This document shows positions 15,711 to 34,505 of a stretch of DNA of 64,000 nucleotides, one piece after another; the first letter of the stretch is position 1; every line of letters starts with the position of its first letter. The position numbers and the translations under genes were made by a program. A model generated the notes under the pieces. That model had not been told where the DNA came from. It ran no database searches and saw only the letters and a program-made list of their open reading frames with translations. This DNA comes from the human T2T-CHM13v2.0 reference genome, Homo sapiens. The DNA lies in assembly GCF_009914755.1 (NCBI RefSeq), contig NC_060940.1; one strand, 5' to 3'.

Positions 15711-18106
15711 GAATCTGAAGATCTTTTTTCCACAGGAAAATGTTTTAATGTTTATAGCTATAATTGCCATGTTTCTTATGGTGTTTCTAAAGTTTTCTTT
15801 TTCTTTCCTATTTCATTCTTTTTTTTTCATCTCCTTCTAAACAGATAACTATTATCTTAAATCAGTGTTATATTACTTTTTTTAAAAAAAACTTTCTGTT
15901 ATTATTAATAATCACATTTTGGTCTTATTACAAAAAAAAACAAAAAACAAAAAACAAAAAAACTAATGCTTTGGAATCAGACTTCCCGGGTTAGAATTTC
16001 TACTGTACCACTTCCTAGCTGTGTACCCTTGGCAAGTTACTTCGCCTCTCTGTGCTGTGTTTCCTCATTTGGAGATAATAGTCGTAATTATGTCACAGGA
16101 TTGTTGCAGTATCAAATTAGTTAATATAAGTGAGGTGCCCAATGTCTGCTAAATAGCACTCAGTAAGTGTTAGTCATTATTGTTAATTGAATAATTATTA
16201 GAAAAATATAAGAAATTGGAGAATTTCAGAGACCCCAGATTCCCAGTGCCCATAACCACTATTGACCCTATAGAGAGAGAGAGTGAAGCAAAAAATGAAA
16301 TCTTACTGTGCATACTATTTGGTACCCTGCATTTTTCACCTAAAAATAATCCGCAATAAACATAATTGTGGCAAAACTTTTGTGCCCAGCTTTAATAATT
16401 TCCTAATAAATTTCTAAGCCTGGAATTGATGACTTTAAGCATATACACATTATTAAAGGGTTTGCCAAAATGTCCTACAATTTTAAAAATCAATTTACAG
16501 TCTTATCAATCTTGTATGAAACTTTTCAGTTTATTAACATTAACATCCAGTGCTATAAATTTCAAAGATATGATACAAAGATTATACACATATTGTATTA
16601 GAAATTATGTTGAACATTTTCATTTGCATATTGCCATTTGTTTATATTTATATATGACTATGTCCTTTTGCCTTTTTCTTATTGACTTGTAAGAACTTTT
16701 TATATGAGAAGAATATTAATATGTCTTTCCTGACATATGTATGTTGCAACGTTCCTCCTCCTCCTTTTCATGTTGTAAATTAATTTTGGTAATATGCATT
16801 TTTCTTATGGTATATAAAGCATTCGGTTCAACTCCAATCTAATATGATAGATATCAAGCCACTTGCCAGAAACATTTCTCAAGTTTTTCTTTTCATTGAC
16901 TAATTGTTATCTGAATTATCCATGCTGTGTTCACTGTCTCAAATGAATTTTTTAATTCAGTGATTATATTTTTCTTCCGAAAGTAGTCTTTCCCACTCTC
17001 GTATTTGTTCCCTTTTCACAGATGCACCAACCTCTTGAATCTCACTGCAAATATGAATTAGGTAGTTTCTAGAATGTTCTCTCTTTTGGCAGCAGTTGTA
17101 TTTCATGGGAGTTACTTTGATTCTGCATTGTTTCTTTCTATTTAAATGACTAAATTTTTCACACATCCTATTGTGCTTATTTGCCTATCCTTATAGAAGG
17201 GTGAGCACAGACATTTCTGTGTCCTTGTTCTAACATTTCATATCTGGATAAAGGGAGACAGGAGTCTTTTGTATTTTTTGGAATTCTGTTTTGTCAGATC
17301 AGGAGTCCTGTTCCTGACATTTGGGCGGGGCTACAGTGGAGACAGGTGCATAACAGGCACCCCTCAAGCCAGATGGAGAGCCCATCTTCCTCACGTTGGT
17401 TCTGTGCATCTCAAAGTCAGAAGGGGTCCTGCTCCTCTCTGAGGGGGCACACGTGTCCTATTTGGAGGCAGTAGTGGCAGCGTCCTTCACTCACTCTGTG
17501 GCGTACTGGCCACCGTGAACACACGCTGTGGCACCATGCCCCTGCCCGCTGCGCCAGGCACTGACATGTCTCCTCTTGCATATGAATGGGAATCGGCAAC
17601 CCTCACCCGGTCATTGATGGTCTCAGCCGGGGTCATTATTGGGCTCTGTTGGGGCACCTTTTATGGATGACAGCTGGTCAATTCCCCTTTATCTGTATTT
17701 TCCCAAGTGTGAGACCCCAAATACTCTAGATGGTTCACAGTCAGGGCATAAATAATATTGAATTGTGCCCCAAGAAAGCAATTATTTTGTCAGTGTTCTT
17801 TCAGTTCTTCAAATTATGGCAAAGAGAAAATCTCAGAGGTCTCTGATATATCGTTAACACTCTAACACTTGCTCTTCGCTGATCTCCCATTAAAAAGGGG
17901 CAGGGGCAGGCTTTCGATTGAGAGCCTTTAGTAAGCAACACCATCTACTTGCACGTGCATAACCTTGATTTCCTTGATTTCCATTTGTTTATTTTTTTTT
18001 CTTTTTTTTTTTTATTGGAACATTAATTAGGTTTTATTTTCACTTTTTGTTTCCACAGTAACATGTATGGGATTAGGTTACAGTGTTTATTTGTCCCCAA
18101 TCTTTT

Positions 18107-21338
<3,232 letters not shown>

Positions 21339-22024
21339 TGTTTATCTTTTTGTTTGTTTTGTTTTGTTTGTTTTTAACAATTATTTTCTATTTGTAACAA
21401 GTGATATTGAATTTCCTTCCAAGGAAGAAATAAAAAGTGTCCTTTAAAATTAAATTTATTATTAAAAAAGTAAAACAGATATTTCAACGCTGATATACAA
21501 ATCTAGCAAAATCCACAAAGGTAGCATCTGAATGGATAAAGTTAAAGTTTACCCAAAATAGCTCTGTTTTCTTTCTATTACTTTAATTTGTAGGAATCCC
21601 TGGAAGTCCCTGCTGTGTGGATAGCACCCTTCTCGATTTCCAGCAAAGATACAGATGCTCTCTTGTTTTTATATTTCTTTTGGTAATTTCCGTGGAATTT
21701 TGGAAGAAAATTTGGAATATTAAATGTGGAGGCGTAGAGGCTCAAATTGTCTTCTCTGCTTTGAATCACCTAGCCCATTTTTGGAAGCTGCGTAAGAAGA
21801 TTCGTGAATGGAGAGAAAACATTGTGATGAAAATTTTAAACTTTGGTTAGGAATGATCTTTGAGAGCGAGGAGTTTTGGGGTCTTTTTTCTTTCCCACTG
21901 ATTCAAATGCTTTTAGAATGTCCCTTTTCTTTCCTCACACTCATCTCATCCTCTTACTAGATGAAAAAATCTTTGTGGTCAAGAAACAAACTGAAGCCCC
22001 CATGTTTATTATTATATTAGTAGT

Positions 22025-23090
22025 AGCTGGGCATGGTGGGATGTGCCTATAATCTCAGCTACTTGGGATGCTGAGGCAGGAGGATTGCTTGAGCCCAGGA
22101 GTTCAAGACTGGCCTGAGCAACATAGCAAGACCCTATCTCTGCCAGAAAAGAAAAAAAAGAAAAAAAAAACAGCCAGGTGTGGTGGGATGTGCTTTTAGT
22201 CTCAGCTAGTTGAAAGCTGAGGCCGGAGGATTGTTTGAGCCCAGGAGGTCAAAGCTGCAGTGAGCTATGATTGTGCTGCTGCACTCCAGCCTTGGTGACA
22301 GAACAAGGCCCTGTCTCTAAAATAATAATAATGACATTAGTCACAGTAATAATAATCATGATGATGCCACTAATTGAATACTTGCTGAATGCCAAGTGCT
22401 GTGCTTATCATTTTACATGCGTCATTACATTTCAATTTCACAAGAATTCTATGAAAAAGGAATTTGTATTCCAATTTATAGATGAGAAAAACAGAGGCCC
22501 AGAGAGGCTAACCAGCCTGTCTAAGGTTATGAGATGAGATTTGCACCCAGACATGGTTTGACTCCAGGGCTTGTGCGCTTAACCACTAAGGGATGCCGTT
22601 TCTCAAAAAGGCTGACTACAGCACATTTTGGGAAAACTTTTGCAGAGAAAATAGCATCATGAAGTCAAGTCCATGGTCACCTAAATGCAGTTGAGTGCCA
22701 GGATGGCAAAGTGGCACCCTATGCACCCTATGTAGGGTGAAAGGTAGAAATGCTGGAAGAGCATGACAAGAGTGTATTTACAGTCAGGCAGTGGGGGTTG
22801 CAATTTGGGAGGATAGGGTGAGAAGATCACTTGAGGTCAGGAATTCAAGACTAGTCTGAGAAACATAGCCAACTCCCATCTCTACAAAAAAAAATTTTTT
22901 TGTTTAATTAGCTGGGCATGGTGGCACATGCCTATAGTCCCCAGCTACTCAGGAAGCTGAGGCAGGAGGATCGCTTGAACCCAGGAGCTCGAGGCTTCAG
23001 TGAGCTGTGATTGCACTATTGCACTCCAGCCTGGGTGACAGAGTGAGACCCTATCTCTAAAAGCAACAACAACAATAACAACAACAACAA
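22025..23090 (+). mobile_element. Two old AluJ-type elements (22025-22330, ~22800-23090) separated by a MIR (~22370-22590)
   Basis: J-type gcttgagcccaggag; MIR core ccaatttatagatgagaaaaacagaggcccagagagg. Confidence 0.8.
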
Positions 23091-23492
23091 GAAATTTACG
23101 ATGAGGGATCTTCATAGCATTCTTTCAGAATAAGAAACTACTTAATGGACAAAAAGTAGGTAAAAATATACAGTAATTTAACGATATAACTAAGAAAACT
23201 GTGTAAGTGTGTATAGAGAGAGAGTGAGAACTTTGCCTCCTATGTACATGTGATATACATTTTTTTTCTGCTGTCCATGGAAGAGTTACAAAAATACATA
23301 GTGTACCTGGTAGTGTACCATGCACACTACCCCCACCCAACATACTGAAAAACAAACCAAAACAAACCAAAAAACCCTCAACATATATTTTTTCAAGTAG
23401 AGCTTTATATAGGCCTCCTTTTCATATGCTGATCAATAAAATAATACCGAGTCGAGTCATGAAATGTGTCCCACCCCCTTGTCTCCCTTCAG

Positions 23493-23589
23493 GTTTAAGT
23501 TACTGAGCCAGGAGGAAGGCGAGTACTTCAATGTGCCTGTGCCACCAGAAGGAAGTGAGGCCAATGAAGAACTGCGGCAGAAATTTGAG
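23493..23589 (+). CDS. PRKCB: PKC-beta coding exon (exon 8), end of C2 and hinge
   Basis: gtctcccttcag|G TTT AAG...TTT GAG|gtgagg; encodes FKLLSQEEGEYFNVPVPPEGSEANEELRQKFE; 97 nt. Confidence 0.98.
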
Positions 23590-23595
23590 GTGAGG

Positions 23596-24165
23596 TTTCT
23601 TTTCTTTTTCTCTTCTTTCTTTTTTCTCTTTCTTTTTTCCTTCTTTCCTCCTGCTCCCTCCTCTTTCTTTCTCTTTCTCTCTTATTCTTTTTTCTCTCCT
23701 TCCTTACTTCCTTCTTCCTCTCTCTTTTCTTTCCTTCTTTCTCCTTTCTTTCTTTCTTGCTTACTTGCTTGCTTTCTCGCTTTCTTCCTTTCTCTCTTGC
23801 TTTCTCTTGCTTGCTTTCTCGCTTTCTTCCTTTCTGTCTTGCTTTCTTTCTTGCTTGCTTTCTTTACCCCCCTTTTCTTTGTTTTTTCCTTCCTTCCTTC
23901 CTGCCTTCCTTCCTCTCTCTTTCTCTTTCCCTCTCATTCTTTCTTTTCTTTCTCTCTCTGTCCTTCCTTTGTTTCTTTCTCTCTCCTTCCTTCTTCCTTT
24001 CTTCCTTCCTTCCTTTCCTCCCTTCCTTCTTTCCCTCCTTCCTCCCTCCCTCCCCCCTTTCCTTTCTTTCTTCCTCCTTCCTCTCTCTTTTCATTCTTTC
24101 TCCCCTTTCTCTCTCTCTTCCTCTCTCTTGTCTCTCTCTTCTTTCTTCATCTCCTTTCTTTCATC
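23596..24165 (+). repeat. ~570-bp polypyrimidine low-complexity tract (CT, TTCC, TTGC units) directly after the exon 8 donor
   Basis: Almost purely C/T; explains several F/L/S-rich ORFs. Confidence 0.97.
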
Positions 24166-24454
24166 AGTGGGAACCAGTTAGGTTTGCTGCTGTGCTGATT
24201 TTCCTGTTTATGGCATGGTTTCTACTAAGACTTTTCATGACTCTGAGCCTTTGCAAGGTTGTTTTATCTCCTAGAAAACTCTGATTAATCCTTCAAGACC
24301 CCAATTAAATGCCCTTGCCTTATGAAGTTATTCCTGCTTCCCTGTCTGCATTCAGGCTTAGACATTTCTTCAAAAGTGCTCATTCACTGCCCACCATTTT
24401 GATGGTGACTTGGACTGGAATGGTAGTCATGGTGAATGAAAGAAGTAGACAGAG

Positions 24455-24802
24455 GGCCGGGTGCGGTGGCTCACACCTGTAATTCCAGCACTTTGGGAAG
24501 CTGAAGCAGGCAGATCACTTGAAGTCAGGAGTTGGACACCAGCCTGGCCAATATGGTTAAACCCAGTCTCTACTAAAAATACAAAAAAATTAGCTAGGCA
24601 TGGTGGTGCACGCCTGTAATACCAGCTACTCGGAAGGCTGAGGCACAAGAATTTCTCTGGGTGGCAGAGGCTGCAGTGAGCCAAGATTGTGCCACTGCAT
24701 GATCAGTAATGCTCTGTTGCCCAGGCTGCAGTGCAATGGTGCGATCTCGGCTCACTGCAGCCTGGGCAACAGAGCGAGACTTCATCTCAAAAAAAAAAAA
24801 AA
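24455..24802 (+). mobile_element. AluS with internal inverted duplication
   Basis: TSD aagtagacagag on both sides; inverted right-arm copy at 24711-24763. Confidence 0.92.
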
Positions 24803-25707
24803 TAAGTAGACAGAGAAGTGATATATTTTGGAGGCTGAGTCAACTAGGCTTGCTGATGGATGGAATCTGGATTGGCTCTATTGACAGAATGATGCTATAT
24901 AGTTAACGAATGGAATTGATTGTGCTAATGACTTCACGAAATACCCTGGGGGTAGATCTTCCCAGAGAATAGTTTTATCAAATGGAAAGCCCTTGGCTGT
25001 GACCTTGAGTTACATTGCTGGCTCTGCTCCTACCTGAAATAAATCCCTTTCCTTCTACGGGGACAAATAAACACCATTTTCAGCTACCTAAGAGCAGCAG
25101 GTGTATAGGACACATCCTTGCTTTACAAAGAAAATGTTTGGGGGAAGATAGGTTTGAATACTTACATTATATGTGCATTGAGTGATTTTAGTAGTTTCCT
25201 GAGGAAAAGCACATTATTTTGTTCCCACAAACTCAATACACTGAGTCTGGTGGGAGATGATCAATTCTAGATAAACCATGATGGCCTACTAACTCCCCAA
25301 AAATGTATATAATAGCATAGCTAAAATGAAATTAATTTTTATTATTGTTATTCATCAAATAATGACACACACAAATAAAAAAAAAACGTGTAAAGACCAT
25401 GTAAAGTCCTGGGAAAGAGAGGTCAGGTACCTTGAGAACATGTACAAGAGAAATGTCACGTAGTTTGAGAGAATGGGGAGGTGTCAGGAAGGAAACAGCA
25501 ATGGAAGTTTACCATGTAAAAAGAGGGGAAAATGTATTCTGTTCTGCAAACAGCATGTGCAAAGGCCCTGTGGTTGGGGGTTATATAGCAACGATGTGAG
25601 ACTGAAAGAAGACCAGCCTGGGTAGAGCAGAGAAAGCCAAAGAGAGTCCAAGGAAAGGCTGAGGAAGTAGGCATGAGTCACAGTACGTAGGGCTGTGCTG
25701 GCCTTGA

Positions 25708-26560
<853 letters not shown>

Positions 26561-26794
26561 CCAGTTACCACACGTGGTATATTTCAGTACGTCAGAGTTG
26601 GTTGCCTCTGTTTGGTTACGGGGCTTTGAGTTCTAGGGCTCTAAATTGCAGACATGAAAAGGCAGCCATTAGTGAGTGTATTCCTGTTTCTGAGGGCACA
26701 TCGTACACAGCAAGATAAAGGACAAGTTTGTTTGTTGAAAGAAACAAACTATCAAGTTTGTTCTCCCCTCAACTTGATAGAAATAGCGCTTAGG

Positions 26795-26950
26795 GGCCAG
26801 GCACGGTGGCTCATGCCTATAATCCCAGCACTTTGGGAGGCTGAGGCAGGAGGATTGCTTGAGCCCAGGAGTTCGAGACCAGCCTCAGCAACATAGCGAC
26901 CCTACCTCTATTATTAAAAAATATATATTTAAAAAAAAATAAAAAAAGAA
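26795..26950 (+). mobile_element. Free left Alu monomer (FLAM_C-like)
   Basis: Single arm followed by A-rich tail; aaatagc(g/a)ctta on both sides. Confidence 0.85.
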
Positions 26951-28147
26951 ATAGCACTTACGTATTCCCAAATTCCTTGTCTTGAGCCTATGCCCACCCG
27001 ACATGCTGGAAGATAGTGATAGTTCTGACCCAGTGGGGTCCTCCCTTCCTGGGAACAAGTGGAACAGACACATTGGCCTTGAGCTTATCAGTCATTCTCC
27101 AGTGACCTTGATAACAGAGGCTTGTTCCCAAAGTCTTGGACTCAAGCCCAAGTGAACTGAAAAAAGAACCTTCCCTCCAAGTAGAACTAAAAACTGGATA
27201 CTGTTTGATAAAAATTAAGACAGGAAGGCAGTCTTTCCAGAGAACACTTTCTGTCTCTTTCCCCCAACTTGCTGATGAAGTGGTATCATTTGCTGCTGTT
27301 ATAGAAATGTACTATTACGGGTGAAAAACACAAGGCCAGTATTTTCTTGTATATAACCAAGTCTCAGTTTTGCAAAATGATTTTTTTCTGTCCTGGGGCA
27401 GCTGGGGTGACATTTCAGAACACCAAGGAAAAGATTTGCTACACAAACAGAGCATTTGTCTGGGCCAGTAATTGGCTTGGAATAGGAGACTGTTTTATCC
27501 GCATGCAAGAAATTGTGTCCCTTTCTTTCTAGCAAGAGCCTGCAAATGCTTGTTTATGCCTGAATTATAATCGCTGCATACTGTAGTTGTTGATTAAAAA
27601 AAATGTTTCCAACAGACCGAAAATTGTTCTCAGGCTCACAGAGGAATTTCAGTTGACCTTGAACATGAGAAATGTAATCCCTGGGCGATAACCAATTAGC
27701 ACCCGGAATGACTCAGAAATTACTTTCAAGCCTCTTATCTGGAGGAATTCTGAGTGACAGTAAAATCGAGCTGCTAGAATTGGGGTAATAGAATTTCATG
27801 GTAGTGTGAGCTTGGCGCAGTTACCACACGTGGTATACTTCAGAACATCAGAGCTGGCTGTTTGCTTAGGGGGCTTTCAGTCGACCGTGGGCTTTGGAAA
27901 AGAAGACTCCATTTTGGATGGCGCACAGTGGGATTTCTCAGAGTCTTAAAATTTATTTGTATAACAAAGTGCTTACTGTGTGCCATTTATGATTCTAAGT
28001 GCTTTGCAAATATTAACTCAGGTAATTTAATCCTTACAACAACCTAGAATGGTAGGTACTATTATCACGCTATTTTACTTTTACAAATGAAGAAACTGAA
28101 GCCCACAGAGGTTTAAGTAACTTTATAAGGTCCCAGAGCCAGTCATT

Positions 28148-28605
28148 GTCCTGGGTTTGGGTTTTCCCAGAAACAGACTATAAGGATTCAAGTGCAAGTA
28201 CTTTATTTGAGAGGTGATCCTGGAAGCACCATAAGTTAATAAGGAAGCATTGCCAGAAAAGGTGGGAAACCAGGAAAGTAAGTATTATCAAGCAGACTAC
28301 TGCTGTGGGCAGCTAGGGTTTAACCCTGCTGGAGAACTCTCAAGTCAGCGCGGAATGCATGCCTCAGAATTTCCCAATCAAGGGACAGGAAGCTGAGGGG
28401 TTATCCGTTGGCTCCCCTTCCGTTGCAGGCTAAGGGCTGCTCCCAGGGAAATCCACTCACCCGCACTTTCAATGTGCCCTGTGCGCTGTGCCCGCTCCTA
28501 TAACCAGAAAATAAGCTACAGGCAAAGAATCACAGGTGTTTGCTGTTAGCAGCCCTAGGTGTAGAGAGCAGCATGCTGGTGGTGTCTTGGAGGAACACCA
28601 GCGAT
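28148..28605 (-). mobile_element. Ancient ERVL LTR (LTR33-like) flanked by MIR fragments (~27970-28140, ~28620-28860)
   Basis: tgggttttcccagaaacagac...ggattcaagtgcaagtactttatttgagaggtgatcc motif. Confidence 0.6.
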
Positions 28606-30434
28606 TGTACCTGTGCAATGTAGCCTAATGGTTAAGTGTGATTGCTTGAGAGCCAGACTGCCTAGATTTGAATCCCAGTTCTGCCACCTCCTTGCTGAGT
28701 GGCTGTAAGCAAGTTGCTTTGTCTCTCTGAGCTTCTGATTCCCTACCTGTAAAATGGGGAATTATAGCACTTCTTACCTCATGAGGTTATGTGAGGATTG
28801 AATGAGGTAATGCGTTTAGCAGAGTGTCTCACATGTCATACATATCCAGATGTTAGATGCTAGCATCATGGTGGTTGTTATAATTATTGTCTCCCCCTTC
28901 GGGATAAATAAAGCTCAGAACATCCTCTTTCTGGGCTTTGGAAGGGCTGCTTGGAGGTTAGGGAAAATCTACAGGGACTCCTAGCCTACAGAGGTCCCTG
29001 CCCCACTGCTGGGTAGCTGGGAGTGCCTGTAGTAGTTCCTTGTAGGGGTGGAGTGGCAGAGGAATCTGCAGTTTTAGCCAGGACAGGCATTCATCATCGG
29101 GAGTGGAGCCCAGAGTCTGGCTGCCAGGGCTTCTCCACTGTCCCCTCGTGCTGTCTGGAAGGTGGCTTGGCTCTTTGCTCAGAAATGCTATTTGCTTTCT
29201 CTCTTAGCATTGAGTTCTAGGGCTCTAAATCGCAGACATGAAAAGGCAACCATTAGTGTATTCCTGTTTCTGAAAGCACATCCCACACAGCAAGATAAAG
29301 GACGAGTTTAATTTGTGCCTCAATTTTAAAATGTTCGCTCTTTGATGCAGTGTGTGCTAGGCATTGTCCCCTTGGAACAATGGAATATTTCAAAGGACAA
29401 AGGACAGGGCTCCTGTCCTCTGAAGGCTCACTGAGTAGGGGCCACAAACCCAGGTGTTTTCAGGAGCCAGGCAAACAACAAGAAGGCGAAAGAGCTTGGC
29501 ATCACCCAGTGTTAGCAGATCCCCTTCTTCAAAAGAAGCTGGGGATCTGGGTTTTCATATCTCCAAATTTTCAACAGTTGGCAACTAATTAAATATTAAA
29601 ATGACAACAAACTCTGTGCAGACCAGACCAACAGGGTTATCAGACTTCTTTTTTTTTTTTCCAGGGTTATTAGACTTCTGATCTAGATTCTAGAAGTTAA
29701 ATTAACATGCCCATGAGAAAAGTTATAAAAGCAAGCTGGGAGGGAGGGAGGAAAGAGGGGTGCCAGCCCCAGATTCAGAGGAGAGAAGGGAGTTTCTAGT
29801 GCTGAGGGATGAGGCTGTTAGCTGCTCCTTGAAGGACAAGGAAAAAATCAACCCCTCTTCCCACCCCCCCAAAAAAGTCCTTATCTGTCCACTACGCAAA
29901 GTCAAATGAAGAAATCAGGAAGTTTGAGGTCCGTGCTCACGTTTCATGGGGAGTGTGTGCTGGGACCCGCAGGTGGATGGGAAAGTTCCCAGGATGGGAA
30001 ATGGGAACTGGGGCAGGCAGGACTTGGATCTTCACAGTCTGGAGAATGGAGACTGTGAATCAGATGGGTCCTGAGCCAGGATTCAAAGAAGGCAGGACAC
30101 ATGGTGCTAAGGTGATGGGGTGGTGGAGCAGGGAGGGGAGTAGGGAAAGTGTTTGGGTCAGGCCAGCTTGGGGGTGATGATTTAGGAGGGTGTGAGGACA
30201 TAGCCCGAGAAAGGTGAGACGGCTTCTGTCCTACCCTGGCTCTTTTGTTTGCAGTTTCCATTGCAAATAAGATGACCTTGTAGTTTTAACTACCCCCTCG
30301 TTGCCTCTACACCCCAAATCTCTGTCTCCAGTCCAGATATCTTTGCTCAAGCCCCAAACCCATGTATACAACTGCTTACTGGGTATTTACACTTGGGTTA
30401 AACCTCAACATATCTTACTGCAAAGTAAACTGAC

Positions 30435-30890
30435 CAAGTATATTCACAGCAGCGTTGTTAGTAGGCCGAAAGGGGAAACAACTCAAATGCCTGTACACAG
30501 GAGACGGGATAAACATCAACAATGAGTGCCATTCAGCAATACAAAGAGACAAATTACCGATTTATGCAAAAACATGGATGCATTTCAAGAACATTTTGAT
30601 GAGTGAAAGAAGCCAGGCACAAGAGTACACACTCTACAATGCTGTTCAGATGAAATTCAAGAACAGACAAAACTGACCTATGGGATAGAAACTGGAACAG
30701 AGATTGCCTTAGTGGCGGGGGTTGCGGGGGGCGTCGACTGGGAACTTTTGGAGGGTGATGGAAATGTTCCGCGTCTTGTTTGGGGTTTGGGTTACATGGG
30801 TGTGCACATTTGTCAAAATCTACAGAACTGTGCACGTGAGATTGGTGCACTTTGCGGTGCCCACCTCAAGTTTCAAAACATGAATAAAGA
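30435..30890 (+). mobile_element. Old L1 (L1MC/ME-like) 3' fragment
   Basis: aacatggatgcatttcaagaacattttgatgagtgaaagaagccagg...ttacatgggtgtgcacatttgtcaaaa. Confidence 0.75.
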
Positions 30891-30973
30891 GAAAATGGCG
30901 GATGCTTTGTTAGCCATGGTTCCTATATGGTAACAGTGGAATATGCACCCCATGAGGGAGAAATAAACCTTGA

Positions 30974-33319
<2,346 letters not shown>

Positions 33320-34358
33320 TAAACGTGAATCCAGTAACGAAGTCCTGGCAGCTGCAGGTCTCCCACTCATGGCTTCCAGTTTTTGCCTCATTCCAAAGCA
33401 CCTGCTGCCACTCTGAGCCCCATTCCACAGCTCATGGCAAGGAGTCCCTCTCCCATTGCACTGAGGACACACGTGGCCCTCACTCATCCATTTATGCAAC
33501 AAATATTTAGTTGGGAACTATACTAGTTGTCAGGAAAACCATGGAGAATGAGAAATATTCCGTGTCCACAACAGTCTCCAATTTATTGGAAGGAAACAAG
33601 TGAACAGGCAGTTATCCTCCAGTATTTATGGGAAGAGAAGTGGATGAAGGAAGAAAATCAGAGGAGAACCTAGTGCAGACAGAGAGAATCGATGAGGGCT
33701 TCCCTGAGCCATGAAAATGTGAACCCCAAGCTGGGTTGCTGAAGGGGAGAGAATAGCCATTTGTACCACAGTAGCAGCAGCAGGTGCAAAGGCCCTGTGG
33801 TTGGAGGGGCCTGGGACATCCAGGGGAGTGAAAGGAGAATGAAGCTACATTGCAGAGAAGAAGCACCCTAGCAATGATGGAGCTGGAAAGCCAGGTAGGG
33901 CCTAAACACACAAGTCCATGAAAGCACCTCGATCTTTACCCTGAAAATGATGGGATGCCACTGAGACATTTTAAGCAGGAGGGGACTTGGTTGGATGAGA
34001 GGCTCACTGTGGTTGTGTGTGAAACCCAGTGTAAGGGAAATCACTGTGCCTTGTGCAGGTGAGAGATGATGGCAGGTAGTGATGGTTGAGATGGAAAGAA
34101 GTAGATGAATTCTAGAGACAGCTGGGAGGAAAGAAATGACAGTTCTGGTTATGGTTGAGACATGAGGGATAAAAGAAAGATGGAGTTGCAAAGGATGTCC
34201 GACAGGTTTCAGGCTTGTGGAGTGATGCATGGCTATGCTTTTCATGGGGACAGGGTGCCGGAGCTGCAGGAACTACAGCTTCCCATTGTGTGCCTGTGCC
34301 TTCCTACAAGATCGTCCTCAAACCCTGAGCATGTTTTCTGTGTGCTTCCTTTTTGCAG

Positions 34359-34505
34359 AGGGCCAAGATCAGTCAGGGAACCAAGGTCCCGGAAGAAAAG
34401 ACGACCAACACTGTCTCCAAATTTGACAACAATGGCAACAGAGACCGGATGAAACTGACCGATTTTAACTTCCTAATGGTGCTGGGGAAAGGCAGCTTTG
34501 GCAAG
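34359..34505 (+). CDS. PRKCB: PKC-beta coding exon (exon 9), V3 hinge and kinase glycine-rich loop
   Basis: cttcctttttgcag|AGG GCC...GGC AAG|gtatgg; encodes RAKISQGTKVPEEKTTNTVSKFDNNGNRDRMKLTDFNFLMVLGKGSFGK (GxGxxG); 147 nt. Confidence 0.98.

Noticed and set aside
17280-17700. GC-richer unique stretch as a possible enhancer or exon
   Set aside because: No supportable motif cluster or PKC-like coding frame; would need chromatin or conservation data.
23757-24284. Hydrophobic 138-175 aa ORFs resembling membrane proteins
   Set aside because: Artefacts of the C/T tract, open in all frames.
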